From IMG/VR virus record IMGVR_UViG_2778261529_000004: DNA of 49,037 nucleotides, one strand, 5' to 3'. The notes under the pieces were generated by a model. The model made no database searches and had not been told where the DNA came from. It saw only the letters and a program-made list of their open reading frames with translations. This document shows positions 38,609 to 48,365 of the stretch, in pieces; position 1 is the stretch's first letter, and each line of letters starts with the position of its first letter. This stretch comes from a virus (taxonomy: Duplodnaviria; Heunggongvirae; Uroviricota; Caudoviricetes). The position numbers were made by a program, and so were the translations under genes.

Positions 38609-39321
38609 TGTCAAACGCTCAAAAATTACCGTTTCTCCGAACACTGTCGGAGATGATGACCAGTTCTGGTAACCAGCAAGCCGAGCTTAAAGGCCGCGAA
38701 TTGCCCTGCCATGTTGTCGATATCTGCGGGCAAATAGTGACAGTTCAGTTTGATATGCTGCCGGAGGGGATCAACTTCCCGCAGATAACAATCCCTGTCG
38801 CCACATTCCCGTATATCCGTTACCCGATACAGCCGGGCGATCGAGGAGTAACAATTGCCGCTGATGTATCACTGCGCGGTGTGTCCGGATTGGGAACCGG
38901 TATGGCAACGCTTTCTTACTCGATGTCGCTCACTCCCCTGTTTTTCGTGCCATTGGCAAACAAGGAGTGGTCCGACGAAGATCCGCAAAAAATCGTTTTG
39001 TACGGTCCGGATGGCGCGATCCTCAAAACAGAGGACGGCAGTAGCTCGGTAATGGTGGCTCTGGAAGAAATCAGGCAAAAGTCGAAAGCTGTTTACCTCG
39101 AGGCCGAAGATATTTTCCTGAACGGGAAAATTCACCTCAATGGACCGATCGTCCAGGACAAAGCCCAGATGAAGGATACAACCGCTTCGCTGATTGGTCC
39201 TCTTAATGTCGAGATGGATGCAGTTATCAACGGCGTGAGCGTCAGCGGCCACAGCCACGATGTGACTGGTGTTCAAAGCGGCAGCAGCACGATTACGTCG
39301 AAGAAACCAAATCCTGGTTAA
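38608..39321 (+). CDS. Baseplate central spike protein (gpV/Mu gp45-like, putative), 237 aa
   Basis: C-terminal HxH motif (SGHSHDVTG) as in iron-binding spike tips; position upstream of the J-like gene. Confidence 0.45.
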   Translation: MSNAQKLPFLRTLSEMMTSSGNQQAELKGRELPCHVVDICGQIVTVQFDMLPEGINFPQITIPVATFPYIRYPIQPGDRGVTIAADVSLRGVSGLGTGMATLSYSMSLTPLFFVPLANKEWSDEDPQKIVLYGPDGAILKTEDGSSSVMVALEEIRQKSKAVYLEAEDIFLNGKIHLNGPIVQDKAQMKDTTASLIGPLNVEMDAVINGVSVSGHSHDVTGVQSGSSTITSKKPNPG

Positions 39322-39356
39322 TACCGGTTCATTTCACTTTAAATTCTGACCATAAA

Positions 39357-39391
39357 ACGAAAACCCCGACTGTTGGCCCAGTCGGGGTTTT
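39357..39391. terminator. Strong hairpin terminator after the spike gene (possibly bidirectional)
   Basis: A-rich run, CCCCGACTG-TTGGCC-CAGTCGGGG hairpin, then TTTT. Confidence 0.55.
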
Positions 39392-39403
39392 CTGTTTCTC
39401 ACC

Positions 39404-39607
39404 TTGAATACGCAAGGGATGATTACGTATGTTTGGAGGTCTTCCGTGATTAATTTTAGCGGAGGAGACTGGATTGTGAAAGCCTTAAAATTAGTGGCAA
39501 AAAGCAATACCTTACGACGCATGTATTACACCGCTGCACTCGTAGCTTTAGCATTTGCCTTTTCACCAGTACTGACAGAGTTAGTTAAAGTGATGGGGGC
39601 ACGATGA
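39404..39607 (+). CDS. Small hypothetical protein with hydrophobic C-terminal segment
   Basis: Track ORF starting at TTG; alternative internal starts exist. Start is uncertain. Confidence 0.3.
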   Translation: MNTQGMITYVWRSSVINFSGGDWIVKALKLVAKSNTLRRMYYTAALVALAFAFSPVLTELVKVMGAR

Positions 39608-39951
39608 GAACATGGGGCCGCGTCACCGACGCGAACGGCAACAAAAAATGGGTTGCAGTAGAATCTGACGCCAACGGTGATTTCTCCTACGGCTGGCTGA
39701 CGACGCTCATTCAGACGTTAAAGCTGGGATTGGGGGAGTCGCCGTTTTACGCGAATTACGGTATTCCTGCACAGCAGTGCATCGTGCAGCAGATTTACCC
39801 AGACTACTATGTGAACATGGTTCAGCAACAGTTTGCTGGGTATTTTGCATCACTGGCAATTTCAAAGGTAGATGGAGCAGATAACCCCACCTATAACATC
39901 GATGTTGTGTTTTTTAATGGGACCAGTTACCGGACGCAGGTGCCGGTATGA
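39604..39951 (+). CDS. Hypothetical protein in the gpW/gp25-like position, 115 aa
   Basis: Start overlaps the upstream stop (ATGA); size and position match a baseplate wedge protein, but no motif recognised. Confidence 0.35.
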   Translation: MRTWGRVTDANGNKKWVAVESDANGDFSYGWLTTLIQTLKLGLGESPFYANYGIPAQQCIVQQIYPDYYVNMVQQQFAGYFASLAISKVDGADNPTYNIDVVFFNGTSYRTQVPV

Positions 39952-40100
39952 ATCACAGTTTTATGATAAAACTTTTACCTTGGTTTGGAGTGCTGTAGAG
40001 AGATATTTTAGGGGGGCGAGTAATTTTCTAAGCTGGAGCATATTGACATATATTATTTCGGATTTGCAAAATACATATTGTTACCATGGAGGAGACAAGC

Positions 40101-41261
40101 ATGGAAAATTTTGCAAATAAGTTAAAAATACACACAGAGCATGTTGCAAAAATGGGGGTGTTTTGTACAACTGAAGAAACGACAAAACAAGCACTCATTA
40201 TGCCATTACTAGATATTCTTGGTTTTACTCCGTATGATCCAAGAAAAGTCAAAGCTGAGTATAGTGCTGACTTCCCCGGGGTTAAGGCTAATGAACGGGT
40301 TGATTACGCTTTATTTTGTCATGATGTTCCTGTGATGTTCATTGAGGCGAAATCGTTTTCAGAACAAATTGATAATCACTGCCCACAGCTATCAAGATAT
40401 TTTAATTCAACACCGGAAGTTACTATATCAGCCATTACAAATGGTGTTGAATGGCGTTTTTTTACGGATTTGAAACAAAAAAACATAATGGATTCAACGC
40501 CGTTTTTAAAAATAAGAATGGATTCTCTAACTCACTCCGATATTACACAATTATTTCGTTTTCGTTATGATAAATTCAAACCAGAGGCTTTACGGACACT
40601 GGCTGAAGAAAGTGTTTATTTGAATTCATTTACTAAAACAATCAGTTCTAGTCTTCGTGAAGTTGATCTGGAGTTTGTTCGATATGTTGCTAGTCGTTCA
40701 AATATTGAGAGACAACTTAATCAGAGATTTCTTGAGTTCGTGACTCCATTAGTTAAACAGGCCGTTGAGCGCGCTGTTAGCGCAATGGTGGTTTCCGGGC
40801 TATCTACACAACCGGTAGAGCAAACTAAAGAAAATGATGCAACGGATACACAAGTTAATAACGCCATTGTTGATGAAGAAAACCCCAACATAATAACCAC
40901 AGCCAAAGAATTGGAGCTATTTGAAAGGGTAAAACAAATCATACAAACAGAAGATAATATAGAATATAAAGATACTGAGTCATATTTTGGTGTGCTATTG
41001 AATGGTAAAACTAATAGATGGCTGTTAAGATTTTATGATAAAAAATCTTCATTTATAACTTTACCTATTTCGCTTAGTGAAGTTCAGTTGAATGAAATAA
41101 GACGAGCTCGACTTGATACGGATGGTAAAAGGATACATATAACTAATCCGGAAGATATACTTCGCATATCTGGTTTGATTCTGGATTCATACGAGTATGT
41201 TAAAAATGATGATAATTTCCGCCGAGGGTCCAGAGTGAGCAGTTTAGAAGAGGTTGAATAA
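40101..41261 (+). CDS. PD-(D/E)xK nuclease-fold protein with HsdR-N-like domain (moron; candidate defence nuclease), about 386 aa
   Basis: N-terminal segment ETTKQALIMPLLDILGF ... VDYALFCHDVPVMFIEAKS ... ISAITNGVEWRFF matches the type I restriction R-subunit N-terminal nuclease-domain pattern (D...E.K, TNG..W); RBS GGAGG upstream of ATG; AT-rich; terminators on both sides. Confidence 0.6.
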   Translation: MENFANKLKIHTEHVAKMGVFCTTEETTKQALIMPLLDILGFTPYDPRKVKAEYSADFPGVKANERVDYALFCHDVPVMFIEAKSFSEQIDNHCPQLSRYFNSTPEVTISAITNGVEWRFFTDLKQKNIMDSTPFLKIRMDSLTHSDITQLFRFRYDKFKPEALRTLAEESVYLNSFTKTISSSLREVDLEFVRYVASRSNIERQLNQRFLEFVTPLVKQAVERAVSAMVVSGLSTQPVEQTKENDATDTQVNNAIVDEENPNIITTAKELELFERVKQIIQTEDNIEYKDTESYFGVLLNGKTNRWLLRFYDKKSSFITLPISLSEVQLNEIRRARLDTDGKRIHITNPEDILRISGLILDSYEYVKNDDNFRRGSRVSSLEEVE

Positions 41262-41264
41262 GTA

Positions 41265-41290
41265 AAAAACCCGCGAAAGCGGGTTTTTTT
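41265..41290 (+). terminator. Intrinsic terminator after the nuclease gene
   Basis: AAAAAACCCGCGAAAGCGGGTTTTTTT, a perfect hairpin with flanking A and T runs. Confidence 0.7.
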
Positions 41291-41302
41291 AATGGAGTAA
41301 AT

Positions 41303-42529
41303 ATGTCAGAAATACCAATTACTATGACCAGTGCGGGGGCGCAGCCTACGCCACCCAATGATTTGCTTGCAAATCTTATCATCAGAGTTGCTGAAAAAGT
41401 ACCTGGATATACAGCCAACCTTCCGGCGGGGCTTATTACTGACCTTGCCAGCACGGCAGTCGGGGCGCTGGCATTAATAGACCAGGCGCGGGTGGACCTT
41501 ATTAACTCCGTAAGCCCATACGGCGCAAATATTCCGTTACTGATGCAACTCGGAAACATTTATGGAGCACAGAAGGGATTAAGTACAAATACGGCGGTAT
41601 ACGTGGTATTTGAGGCGTTGCCGGGGTTTGGTATCCCTAAAGGATTTGTTGTCGGTGATGGCAACTACCAGTATGCAGTTTCCCGCGATACGGTGGTGCC
41701 GGAAAGTGGGCAGACTGAACCAGTCTACTGTGTGGCCACAACGTCAGGCTCATGGGCTGTACCGGAAGGGACTGTGACGCAGGTTATTACCTCAGTACCA
41801 AAAGACCAGCCTGTAAAATGCACGAACCTTACCGCAGGGATGCCAGGTCAGGAGGCGCAGACGTGGGCATCTTACCGCGCCGAAGTCATGGAGTCCGGTA
41901 TGTTTGGTGTGCAGGGAACACCGGATTGCTATAAAGCGATGCTCAAATCAGTAAGCGGTGTGCGAGAAAACCTGATTTCTTTCCGGCAGTCGTCGCTGGG
42001 GAAATGGGTTGCGGTTGTTGGTGGCGGTGATCCGTATGATGTGGCTTATGCGATTTACAAATCTGTACCGGATATTTCGAAACTGACCAACGATGTAAGC
42101 AATCCATCCGGTGCGGCAGTGGAAAAACGCACGGTTTCAATAACCGTTTCGCCGGACGTTTATCAGGTGCCGTTCGTTATCCCGTCATCACAAAACGTCA
42201 TGGTGCTAATCACCTGGAACATGGTGTCTGATGATTATGTTGATCCGGCGGGTATTGCTATGGCTGTGCAGCAAAACGTTGCTGATTACATCAATTCAAT
42301 TGAAGTCGGACACCCGATAAATCTTCTGCGTATCCAGGATATTTTTACCAGTTCTGTCAGGTTGCTGGTTGATGCGACGTTGATCTCAACAATCAGTGTG
42401 AGCATTGGCATTAATGGTCATATTGTTCTTCCGGCAAAAGACACAAGCCTGGTTTATGGCGATACCTATTCCTATTTTTCGACAGTGGCATCACAGGTTC
42501 AAGTTAACAAGTATGCAATATCTGACTGA
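41303..42529 (+). CDS. Baseplate J-like protein, 408 aa
   Basis: Size and position before I-like and fibre genes; Mu gp47/P2 gpJ-like context. Confidence 0.6.
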   Translation: MSEIPITMTSAGAQPTPPNDLLANLIIRVAEKVPGYTANLPAGLITDLASTAVGALALIDQARVDLINSVSPYGANIPLLMQLGNIYGAQKGLSTNTAVYVVFEALPGFGIPKGFVVGDGNYQYAVSRDTVVPESGQTEPVYCVATTSGSWAVPEGTVTQVITSVPKDQPVKCTNLTAGMPGQEAQTWASYRAEVMESGMFGVQGTPDCYKAMLKSVSGVRENLISFRQSSLGKWVAVVGGGDPYDVAYAIYKSVPDISKLTNDVSNPSGAAVEKRTVSITVSPDVYQVPFVIPSSQNVMVLITWNMVSDDYVDPAGIAMAVQQNVADYINSIEVGHPINLLRIQDIFTSSVRLLVDATLISTISVSIGINGHIVLPAKDTSLVYGDTYSYFSTVASQVQVNKYAISD

Positions 42530-43139
42530 AAAAATTCTCCCTGCTTATCCGTTTGTGCAGTACAGAGATGATCCGAATGTTGTTGCGTTCTTTGATGCAT
42601 ACAATGAAATTGCTCAGGAATACCTCGATTCACTCAACAATCTGGCATTGCCATGCTGGACATCGGAATCAATAACCGGGCAATTGCTGGACTGGATTGC
42701 TCTCGGGATTTATGGCGTTGAAAGGCCTTTACTACAGGTTTCCGAGGAGGCTATTGCACGCGGCGCATACGATACCATTGAATACAATACAATCCCTTAT
42801 GCGGCAATGCGGAATTATGTTCCGGGGCAGGCATCGTATGTTCCGGATGATTATTTCAAGCGAATATTAACTTGGAATTTTTATAAGGCTGACGGTTCGC
42901 ATTTCTGCATTGACTGGTTAAAGCGCCGTGTGGCACGGTTCATTCATGGGAAAAACGGAATAGACCCGCCGTTGCAGCACACTTTTGATGTGAGCGTGAC
43001 TGTGTCGGACAGTGTTTTTTCTATTCATATACCAGAATATGGTGATGGTATAGGCTATTTTCTGAAAGATGCCATTGACCAGAAATATGTAAAACTCCCT
43101 TTTATTTATTCTTATGCAACAACGGTGATTCAAAAATGA
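42513..43139 (+). CDS. Baseplate/tail protein I-like (about 208 aa)
   Basis: Overlaps the J-like stop; start chosen at MQYLTEK; track ORF starts upstream at 42405. Confidence 0.45.
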   Translation: MQYLTEKILPAYPFVQYRDDPNVVAFFDAYNEIAQEYLDSLNNLALPCWTSESITGQLLDWIALGIYGVERPLLQVSEEAIARGAYDTIEYNTIPYAAMRNYVPGQASYVPDDYFKRILTWNFYKADGSHFCIDWLKRRVARFIHGKNGIDPPLQHTFDVSVTVSDSVFSIHIPEYGDGIGYFLKDAIDQKYVKLPFIYSYATTVIQK

Positions 43140-44689
43140 TTCTTGGGTTCGGCAATAACGTTGTTTCAGCACTGGCTGGTGATATCACCACGATTCAGAC
43201 TGATATTCCGGTAATGCCCGGTACAGGGGCTAAATTTGCAAAATTGCTTTCTGCCGATTTTGAAAATAAATCGAACGGGCAACGCGTCTATGCAAAAATT
43301 ACGCTTACCGATAATAAAGAGTCTGCATTTGAGATTTGTCACTTGGTATCGGTAAGCGGTGATGTGTTGAAAGTCATTCGTGGGCAGGAAGGAACAACCG
43401 CGAAAGGTTGGTCCCTTAATGATGTTGTGGCTAACTTTGCCACGCGTGGTTCGGAAAACTATTTCGTACAAATAGCGCAGCTTCAGAGCGGTCATTATAT
43501 TGCGGGTGTTACTGGTGGCACTGCAAACGCACTGACGCTGGAACTTCCCTCGACGTTTTTTGTTAATGGAGGTACAGATTGGACGCTACGAACCCCGATT
43601 ATAGTTTTCCCCGTTCAGAACAATACCAACGCGGCGACACTTCAACTAACACTAGGCGGAAAGGTTCTTGGTACGTTCCCACTTTATAAGGGGAACAAGT
43701 CCGAGCTGGTAGCGAATGATATCATTAAGGGTATTCCTTTGATTTGCCTTCTTGATAGCGAGAAAAGCTATTTCAGTGTGATAAACCCCGGCAATATCTA
43801 TTCAGATTTTGATCTGCGATATGTAAAAAAATCTGGTGATTTGATGACCGGGGAGCTGAAAATACGTGGTGTTAATGCATTGAGGATTTTTAACGAGGCT
43901 TTTGGCCTTATTTTTCGCCGTTCTGAAGAGTGCCTGCACCTTATCCCTACTAGTGAAGGTCAGGGCGAGAATGGAGATATTGGTCCCCTGCGTCCGCTCA
44001 CCATTAATTTGCGGACAGGAGAGATATCCATGTCGCATAAAGTGTCTGTTGGCGGTGGTTCTCAGGTCAATGGTGCACTGGGTATCGGCGTTCAGAACGC
44101 GCTGGGCGGAAACTCAATTGCTTTCGGGGATAACGATACAGGTATAAAACAAAACGGCGACGGCATTCTGGATGTTTATGCGAATGGACAGCATGTATTT
44201 CGTTTCCAGAATGGTGTGGCGATAGCGTTAAAAAATATTCAGGCCGGGGATAGTAAAAAATTCACGCTATCCAGCTCCAACAGCTCCACGAAGAACGTAG
44301 GGTTTAATTTATGGGGTAATCCATCCAGACCTGTAGTTGCAGAACTTGGTGATGATTCCGGTTGGCATTTCTACAGCCAGAGAAATACCGATGGCAGTAT
44401 CACATTCGCTGTAAACGGACAGATGACCCCATCAAACTATGGAAATTTCGATGCCCGTTACCAGCAGCGAAATGGCGGCGTGCAGGATGTGCGCTATGGT
44501 TCCGAAATGTATTACAACCCTGGCAGCAATGTAATCTCCTGGACATATCACGCTCCTGCGGGACACGGATTGTCAGGGATATCGATATCGGATACTGGTA
44601 AAAATTCAGCGGATAACGTCAACGGCGTGTATTACCGACCTCTTCAGAAACTGATTAATGGCACCTGGTATAACGTGGCGAGTGTTTAA
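43136..44689 (+). CDS. Tail fibre protein, 517 aa
   Basis: Gly/Asn/Ser-rich repeats (GGGSQVNGALGIGVQNALGGNSIAFGDNDTG); followed by a tail-fibre assembly chaperone. Confidence 0.6.
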   Translation: MILGFGNNVVSALAGDITTIQTDIPVMPGTGAKFAKLLSADFENKSNGQRVYAKITLTDNKESAFEICHLVSVSGDVLKVIRGQEGTTAKGWSLNDVVANFATRGSENYFVQIAQLQSGHYIAGVTGGTANALTLELPSTFFVNGGTDWTLRTPIIVFPVQNNTNAATLQLTLGGKVLGTFPLYKGNKSELVANDIIKGIPLICLLDSEKSYFSVINPGNIYSDFDLRYVKKSGDLMTGELKIRGVNALRIFNEAFGLIFRRSEECLHLIPTSEGQGENGDIGPLRPLTINLRTGEISMSHKVSVGGGSQVNGALGIGVQNALGGNSIAFGDNDTGIKQNGDGILDVYANGQHVFRFQNGVAIALKNIQAGDSKKFTLSSSNSSTKNVGFNLWGNPSRPVVAELGDDSGWHFYSQRNTDGSITFAVNGQMTPSNYGNFDARYQQRNGGVQDVRYGSEMYYNPGSNVISWTYHAPAGHGLSGISISDTGKNSADNVNGVYYRPLQKLINGTWYNVASV

Positions 44690-44691
44690 CA

Positions 44692-45237
44692 ATGTTGCAT
44701 TTAAAAAATATTACTGCGGGTAATCCGAAAACCGCAGAACAATACCAGATGACAAAAAAATATGATGTCACCTGGCTTTTTTCGGAAGATGACCAAAACT
44801 GGTATGAAGAGCTGAAAAATTTTGCCAGTGACACCATAAAAATGGTTTACACCGGAGACGGGCGCGTGGTATGGGTCGGTAAGGATGTGACAGGCATTGA
44901 ACCCCGTAACGCCAGTGTTATTGAAGTTCCTGATATTACCGCTAACCGCCGTATTACCGTGCCTGGTTACTGGTTTTACCGCGACGATAAATTTGTCTTC
45001 GACTACAAACTTAAAGCGGAAGATGAGCGCGATGCCCTGTTAAAACAGGTCAGCATCATGACCAGCGAATGGGAAAAAGACCTGCTGCTGGGATTAATCA
45101 GTGACGAAGACAGGGAAAAACTGAAAGTGTACCGCATTTACGCGAAATCGCTGCAGACGATGGATTTCAGCCCCATCACTGATAAAGCCTCATATAACGC
45201 CATTGAATGGCCCGTCTCTCCGGAAGCCTCTTCCTGA
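44692..45237 (+). CDS. Tail fibre assembly chaperone, 181 aa
   Basis: Immediately downstream of the fibre gene; C-terminal region typical of Tfa-family chaperones. Confidence 0.55.
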   Translation: MLHLKNITAGNPKTAEQYQMTKKYDVTWLFSEDDQNWYEELKNFASDTIKMVYTGDGRVVWVGKDVTGIEPRNASVIEVPDITANRRITVPGYWFYRDDKFVFDYKLKAEDERDALLKQVSIMTSEWEKDLLLGLISDEDREKLKVYRIYAKSLQTMDFSPITDKASYNAIEWPVSPEASS

Positions 45238-45260
45238 TTTAATTTATCGCGAGAAAAACT

Positions 45261-47540
45261 ATGTCTGTAGTGATATCAGGTGCGCTGATTGATGGCGCAG
45301 GCATCCCTATGTCCGGATGCCACATAATTCTGAAATCCCGGGTAAACACCTCAGAAGTGGTGATGCGCACAGTTGCCGACGTGGTGACAGGAAACTGTGG
45401 CGAGTACTGTTTTAAGGCGCAGACCGGAAAATATTGCGTATATCTGAAACAGGACTGGCGCGACGAGTACTGTGTTGGCGACATTGCTGTATACGACGAC
45501 TCAAAGCCCGGCACGCTGAACGACTTTCTGACTGCCCTTGATGAAGGCGATTTAAAGCCGGATGTAGTGAAACGCTTTGAGGAAATGGTGGCGCAGGCGC
45601 AGCAGAGCGCGGAATCGGCAGCGGAAAGCGAGCGACAGGCCGGGCAACATGTCGCTGATGCGCAACAAATTAAGAGCGACTGCAAGACGTTTGCGGATAA
45701 CGTACAGCAGAATGCAGAAGCTGTTGCCGAAGATAAAAAGCAGGTGGCGCTGCTGGCATCATCTGCCACACAGGATGCGGCCCGCGCAGAGCAGGCTGTC
45801 AAGGATGCTGACGCGATAGTCCAGAAAGCGGTCGATAAACTTGCTGATGCCGCAACGCTGACCGGTGAGGCAAAAGCCAGCGCCGAAGCGGCTGCAAAAA
45901 GCGAGCAGAACGCAAAAAGTCACGCCGATAATGCAGCCGGAAGCGCACAACAGACTGCACAGGATGTGACAGCAACCGAAACGGCCCGTGATGACGCAGA
46001 GCGTTTTGCGAATGAGGCAGAAAACAGCGCACAGACATCAGGGACAGCGCGGGATGAATCAGTTGATGCAGCCGAACGCGCCAGCCAGCATAAGGAAGCC
46101 GCGTCTTCGGCTGCGACCAGTGCAGAAAATGCGGCAAATGTTGCGCTGGGCCATGAAAATAACGCTGCCGAATATGCCCGGCAGGCGAAGGCCAGTCAGG
46201 ATGCGAGCGAAGGCAATGCGCAGGAAGCGAAACGGTGCAGGGACGAGGCGCAGCAGATTGTTGATGACCTGAAGGGAAGTAATGCCACCACGACAGAAAA
46301 AGGCCTGGTGCAACTCTGTAGTGACACGGATAACGACAGCGAAGAACTGGCGGTCACACCAAAAGCCGTCAAAGTTGTCATGGACGAGACGAATACAAAA
46401 GCGCCTCTGGACAGCCCGGCGTTCACCGGCACGCCCACCACACCAACCCCGCCGGACGATGCGACCGGGCTGGAGATGGCGAACGCGGCGTTTGTCCGCA
46501 GACTGCTCGCTGCACTGGTTGACTCGTCACCGGAAGCCCTGGACACACTGAACGAGCTGGCAGCGGCGCTGGGTAATGACCCGAACTTTGCGACAACGGT
46601 TACTAAAGCACTGGCAGGTAAACAGCCGCTTAATGATGTGTTAACGGCTGTCAGCCAGATAATACCGGAAGAAAACACGCTGCCTTATTTCAGTGCAGAG
46701 GGCCGGATTTTACTGGCGCAGCTGTCAGAAAAGGCCCGCGCATTACTGGCACTGGACACACCTGAAGCCATGCGCACGGAGCTTGAACTGAAAGCGGCTG
46801 GGACAATGGACCCCCAGAGCGATATCCGCGACCGCACACCAGGCAGGCTGGCACTGCCGGGTGCCTTCGGCTTTGGTTATGCGTTCAGCCAATCTGAACG
46901 CCTTGATTTTAATTCCGATGAAAAATTCCTTGAGTGGGTAAAAAACGCCACGGAGGGACGTTATTTTATTTATTCATACAATTCAAAAATATTTCCGGAC
47001 CGTAATTCTTTTACCGGGATTGTCGACGTGAATCTTTTTCCATCCGGGAGCAGTAACGGTAATCCGGCAAAAACCGACAAGGGGTTATTTTTTTACAGCA
47101 GATATCAGCCAGATTCTGAACAGTCTGTTTTTTATGTACAGTACAGCTCGGTATATGCTGACGGGGTGGTGACGTGGGGGCTGACTTCAGTCAGAAATCT
47201 GTCTCTGACGTCAAAGATGTTAAGCGAGTATCTGTCGTCCACGGCAGGAGCGGGGACTTATTTTCAGTACCCGGGTATTGGCGTTCCGGTACTGGCGGTT
47301 TACCGGGGAACGGCTGCCGGAGACAACGAAATCAGGATTGGTCTGGGTGATGTGGTTCATGGTTCGTGCCTGGGGTCAGTAAACATAACCTGCTTAATAG
47401 GCGCAACGGGTGTTTATTCGTCTACTCCACGAGTTGGCGCGTCGGCGTACTCTTTTCCCGGACGCTATATGGCGATATCCGGCGACCGCGGTTCTTACGG
47501 GGATGAAGGTCACATTTGCCTGTTTGTGCGCATCGAGTAA
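45261..47540 (+). CDS. Side tail fibre protein (lambda Stf-like), 759 aa
   Basis: Conserved Stf-like blocks (YDDSKPGTLNDFL; TTEKGLVQLCSDTDNDSEELAVTPKAVKVVMDETNTKAPLDSPAFTGTPT; DTLNELAAALGNDPNFATTVTKALAGKQP) and an Ala-rich central region. Confidence 0.75.
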   Translation: MSVVISGALIDGAGIPMSGCHIILKSRVNTSEVVMRTVADVVTGNCGEYCFKAQTGKYCVYLKQDWRDEYCVGDIAVYDDSKPGTLNDFLTALDEGDLKPDVVKRFEEMVAQAQQSAESAAESERQAGQHVADAQQIKSDCKTFADNVQQNAEAVAEDKKQVALLASSATQDAARAEQAVKDADAIVQKAVDKLADAATLTGEAKASAEAAAKSEQNAKSHADNAAGSAQQTAQDVTATETARDDAERFANEAENSAQTSGTARDESVDAAERASQHKEAASSAATSAENAANVALGHENNAAEYARQAKASQDASEGNAQEAKRCRDEAQQIVDDLKGSNATTTEKGLVQLCSDTDNDSEELAVTPKAVKVVMDETNTKAPLDSPAFTGTPTTPTPPDDATGLEMANAAFVRRLLAALVDSSPEALDTLNELAAALGNDPNFATTVTKALAGKQPLNDVLTAVSQIIPEENTLPYFSAEGRILLAQLSEKARALLALDTPEAMRTELELKAAGTMDPQSDIRDRTPGRLALPGAFGFGYAFSQSERLDFNSDEKFLEWVKNATEGRYFIYSYNSKIFPDRNSFTGIVDVNLFPSGSSNGNPAKTDKGLFFYSRYQPDSEQSVFYVQYSSVYADGVVTWGLTSVRNLSLTSKMLSEYLSSTAGAGTYFQYPGIGVPVLAVYRGTAAGDNEIRIGLGDVVHGSCLGSVNITCLIGATGVYSSTPRVGASAYSFPGRYMAISGDRGSYGDEGHICLFVRIE

Positions 47541-47553
47541 CGGGGAATAAAAC

Positions 47554-48126
47554 ATGAAAATCAGAGCGGTAAAGGGCATCAGAAACGCCCATTATCTTGA
47601 AAATGGTGCGGTTGACTGCGAGGTGTTATTTGAAGGTGAAACGGAATTCGTCCCGTATACCGCCATGCAGGATGATACCGCACCGACAGGCCAGCGCATC
47701 TGGGAAGAGTTACAGAGCGGCAAATGGGGCGAAATCGCCCCGTTCACCGTCACGCCGGAACTTATCGCTGCGGCAAAAGATGCCAAAAAGCGGGAAATCG
47801 AGGTGTGGCGTACAGAACAGGAAGCACTGCCGTTCACGTTCGAATGGAACGGTCGCACCTGGAACGCTGGCCCCGACTCAATGGCCCGTCTTTATCCGGT
47901 AGTAATGGCGGCGAAATCCGATACGGCACGAACCACCCTTGCGTGGGGTGATGCCGATAATCAACAGGTGCAACTGTCGATGCCGGAACTGGAAGAACTG
48001 GCGGCAGCAATGGCGCAGGCTGTTGTTGAACGCAATGACGAGATTTATCGCCGTCAGCGAGAGAGGAAAGAAGCGTTAGACGCTCTGGAGGATTTAGATG
48101 CGATACGAGCATTTAATGTTGAGTAA
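47554..48126 (+). CDS. Tail fibre assembly protein (Tfa-like), 190 aa
   Basis: Immediately downstream of the Stf-like gene; call is positional. Confidence 0.55.
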   Translation: MKIRAVKGIRNAHYLENGAVDCEVLFEGETEFVPYTAMQDDTAPTGQRIWEELQSGKWGEIAPFTVTPELIAAAKDAKKREIEVWRTEQEALPFTFEWNGRTWNAGPDSMARLYPVVMAAKSDTARTTLAWGDADNQQVQLSMPELEELAAAMAQAVVERNDEIYRRQRERKEALDALEDLDAIRAFNVE

Positions 48127-48305
48127 CGAATAGGTCGCAGTGAGTCGTTCTGGTATCTGAAGAATGAGGCTCCGGTTGCTGGCTGCAGTCGGAGGTTTAT
48201 GATGTGTACTCTCACATTGTTGAAGAAATCAACTGCGCAATTGGAGAGCAGGAACGTAAGAAAACAAGAGAAAGTCTACAATCGCTTGCAGGGGGGGGGC
48301 ACTTC

Positions 48306-48335
48306 TTGATTTTTGCATAAATTTTATGATAAAAT
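48306..48335 (+). promoter_or_regulatory. Candidate sigma70 promoter with extended -10 for the right-end cargo gene
   Basis: TTGATT, 15 nt, TG, ATAAAAT upstream of RBS GGGAGA and ATG at 48366. Confidence 0.35.
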
Positions 48336-48365
48336 CATGAAGTAAAAGTGATGGGAGAAACTTTC

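Noticed and set aside
45239-46678. Ala/Ser/Cys-rich antisense ORFs (112-187 aa) within the side tail fibre gene
   Set aside because: Artefacts of the GC- and Ala-codon-rich Stf coding sequence read on the opposite strand.
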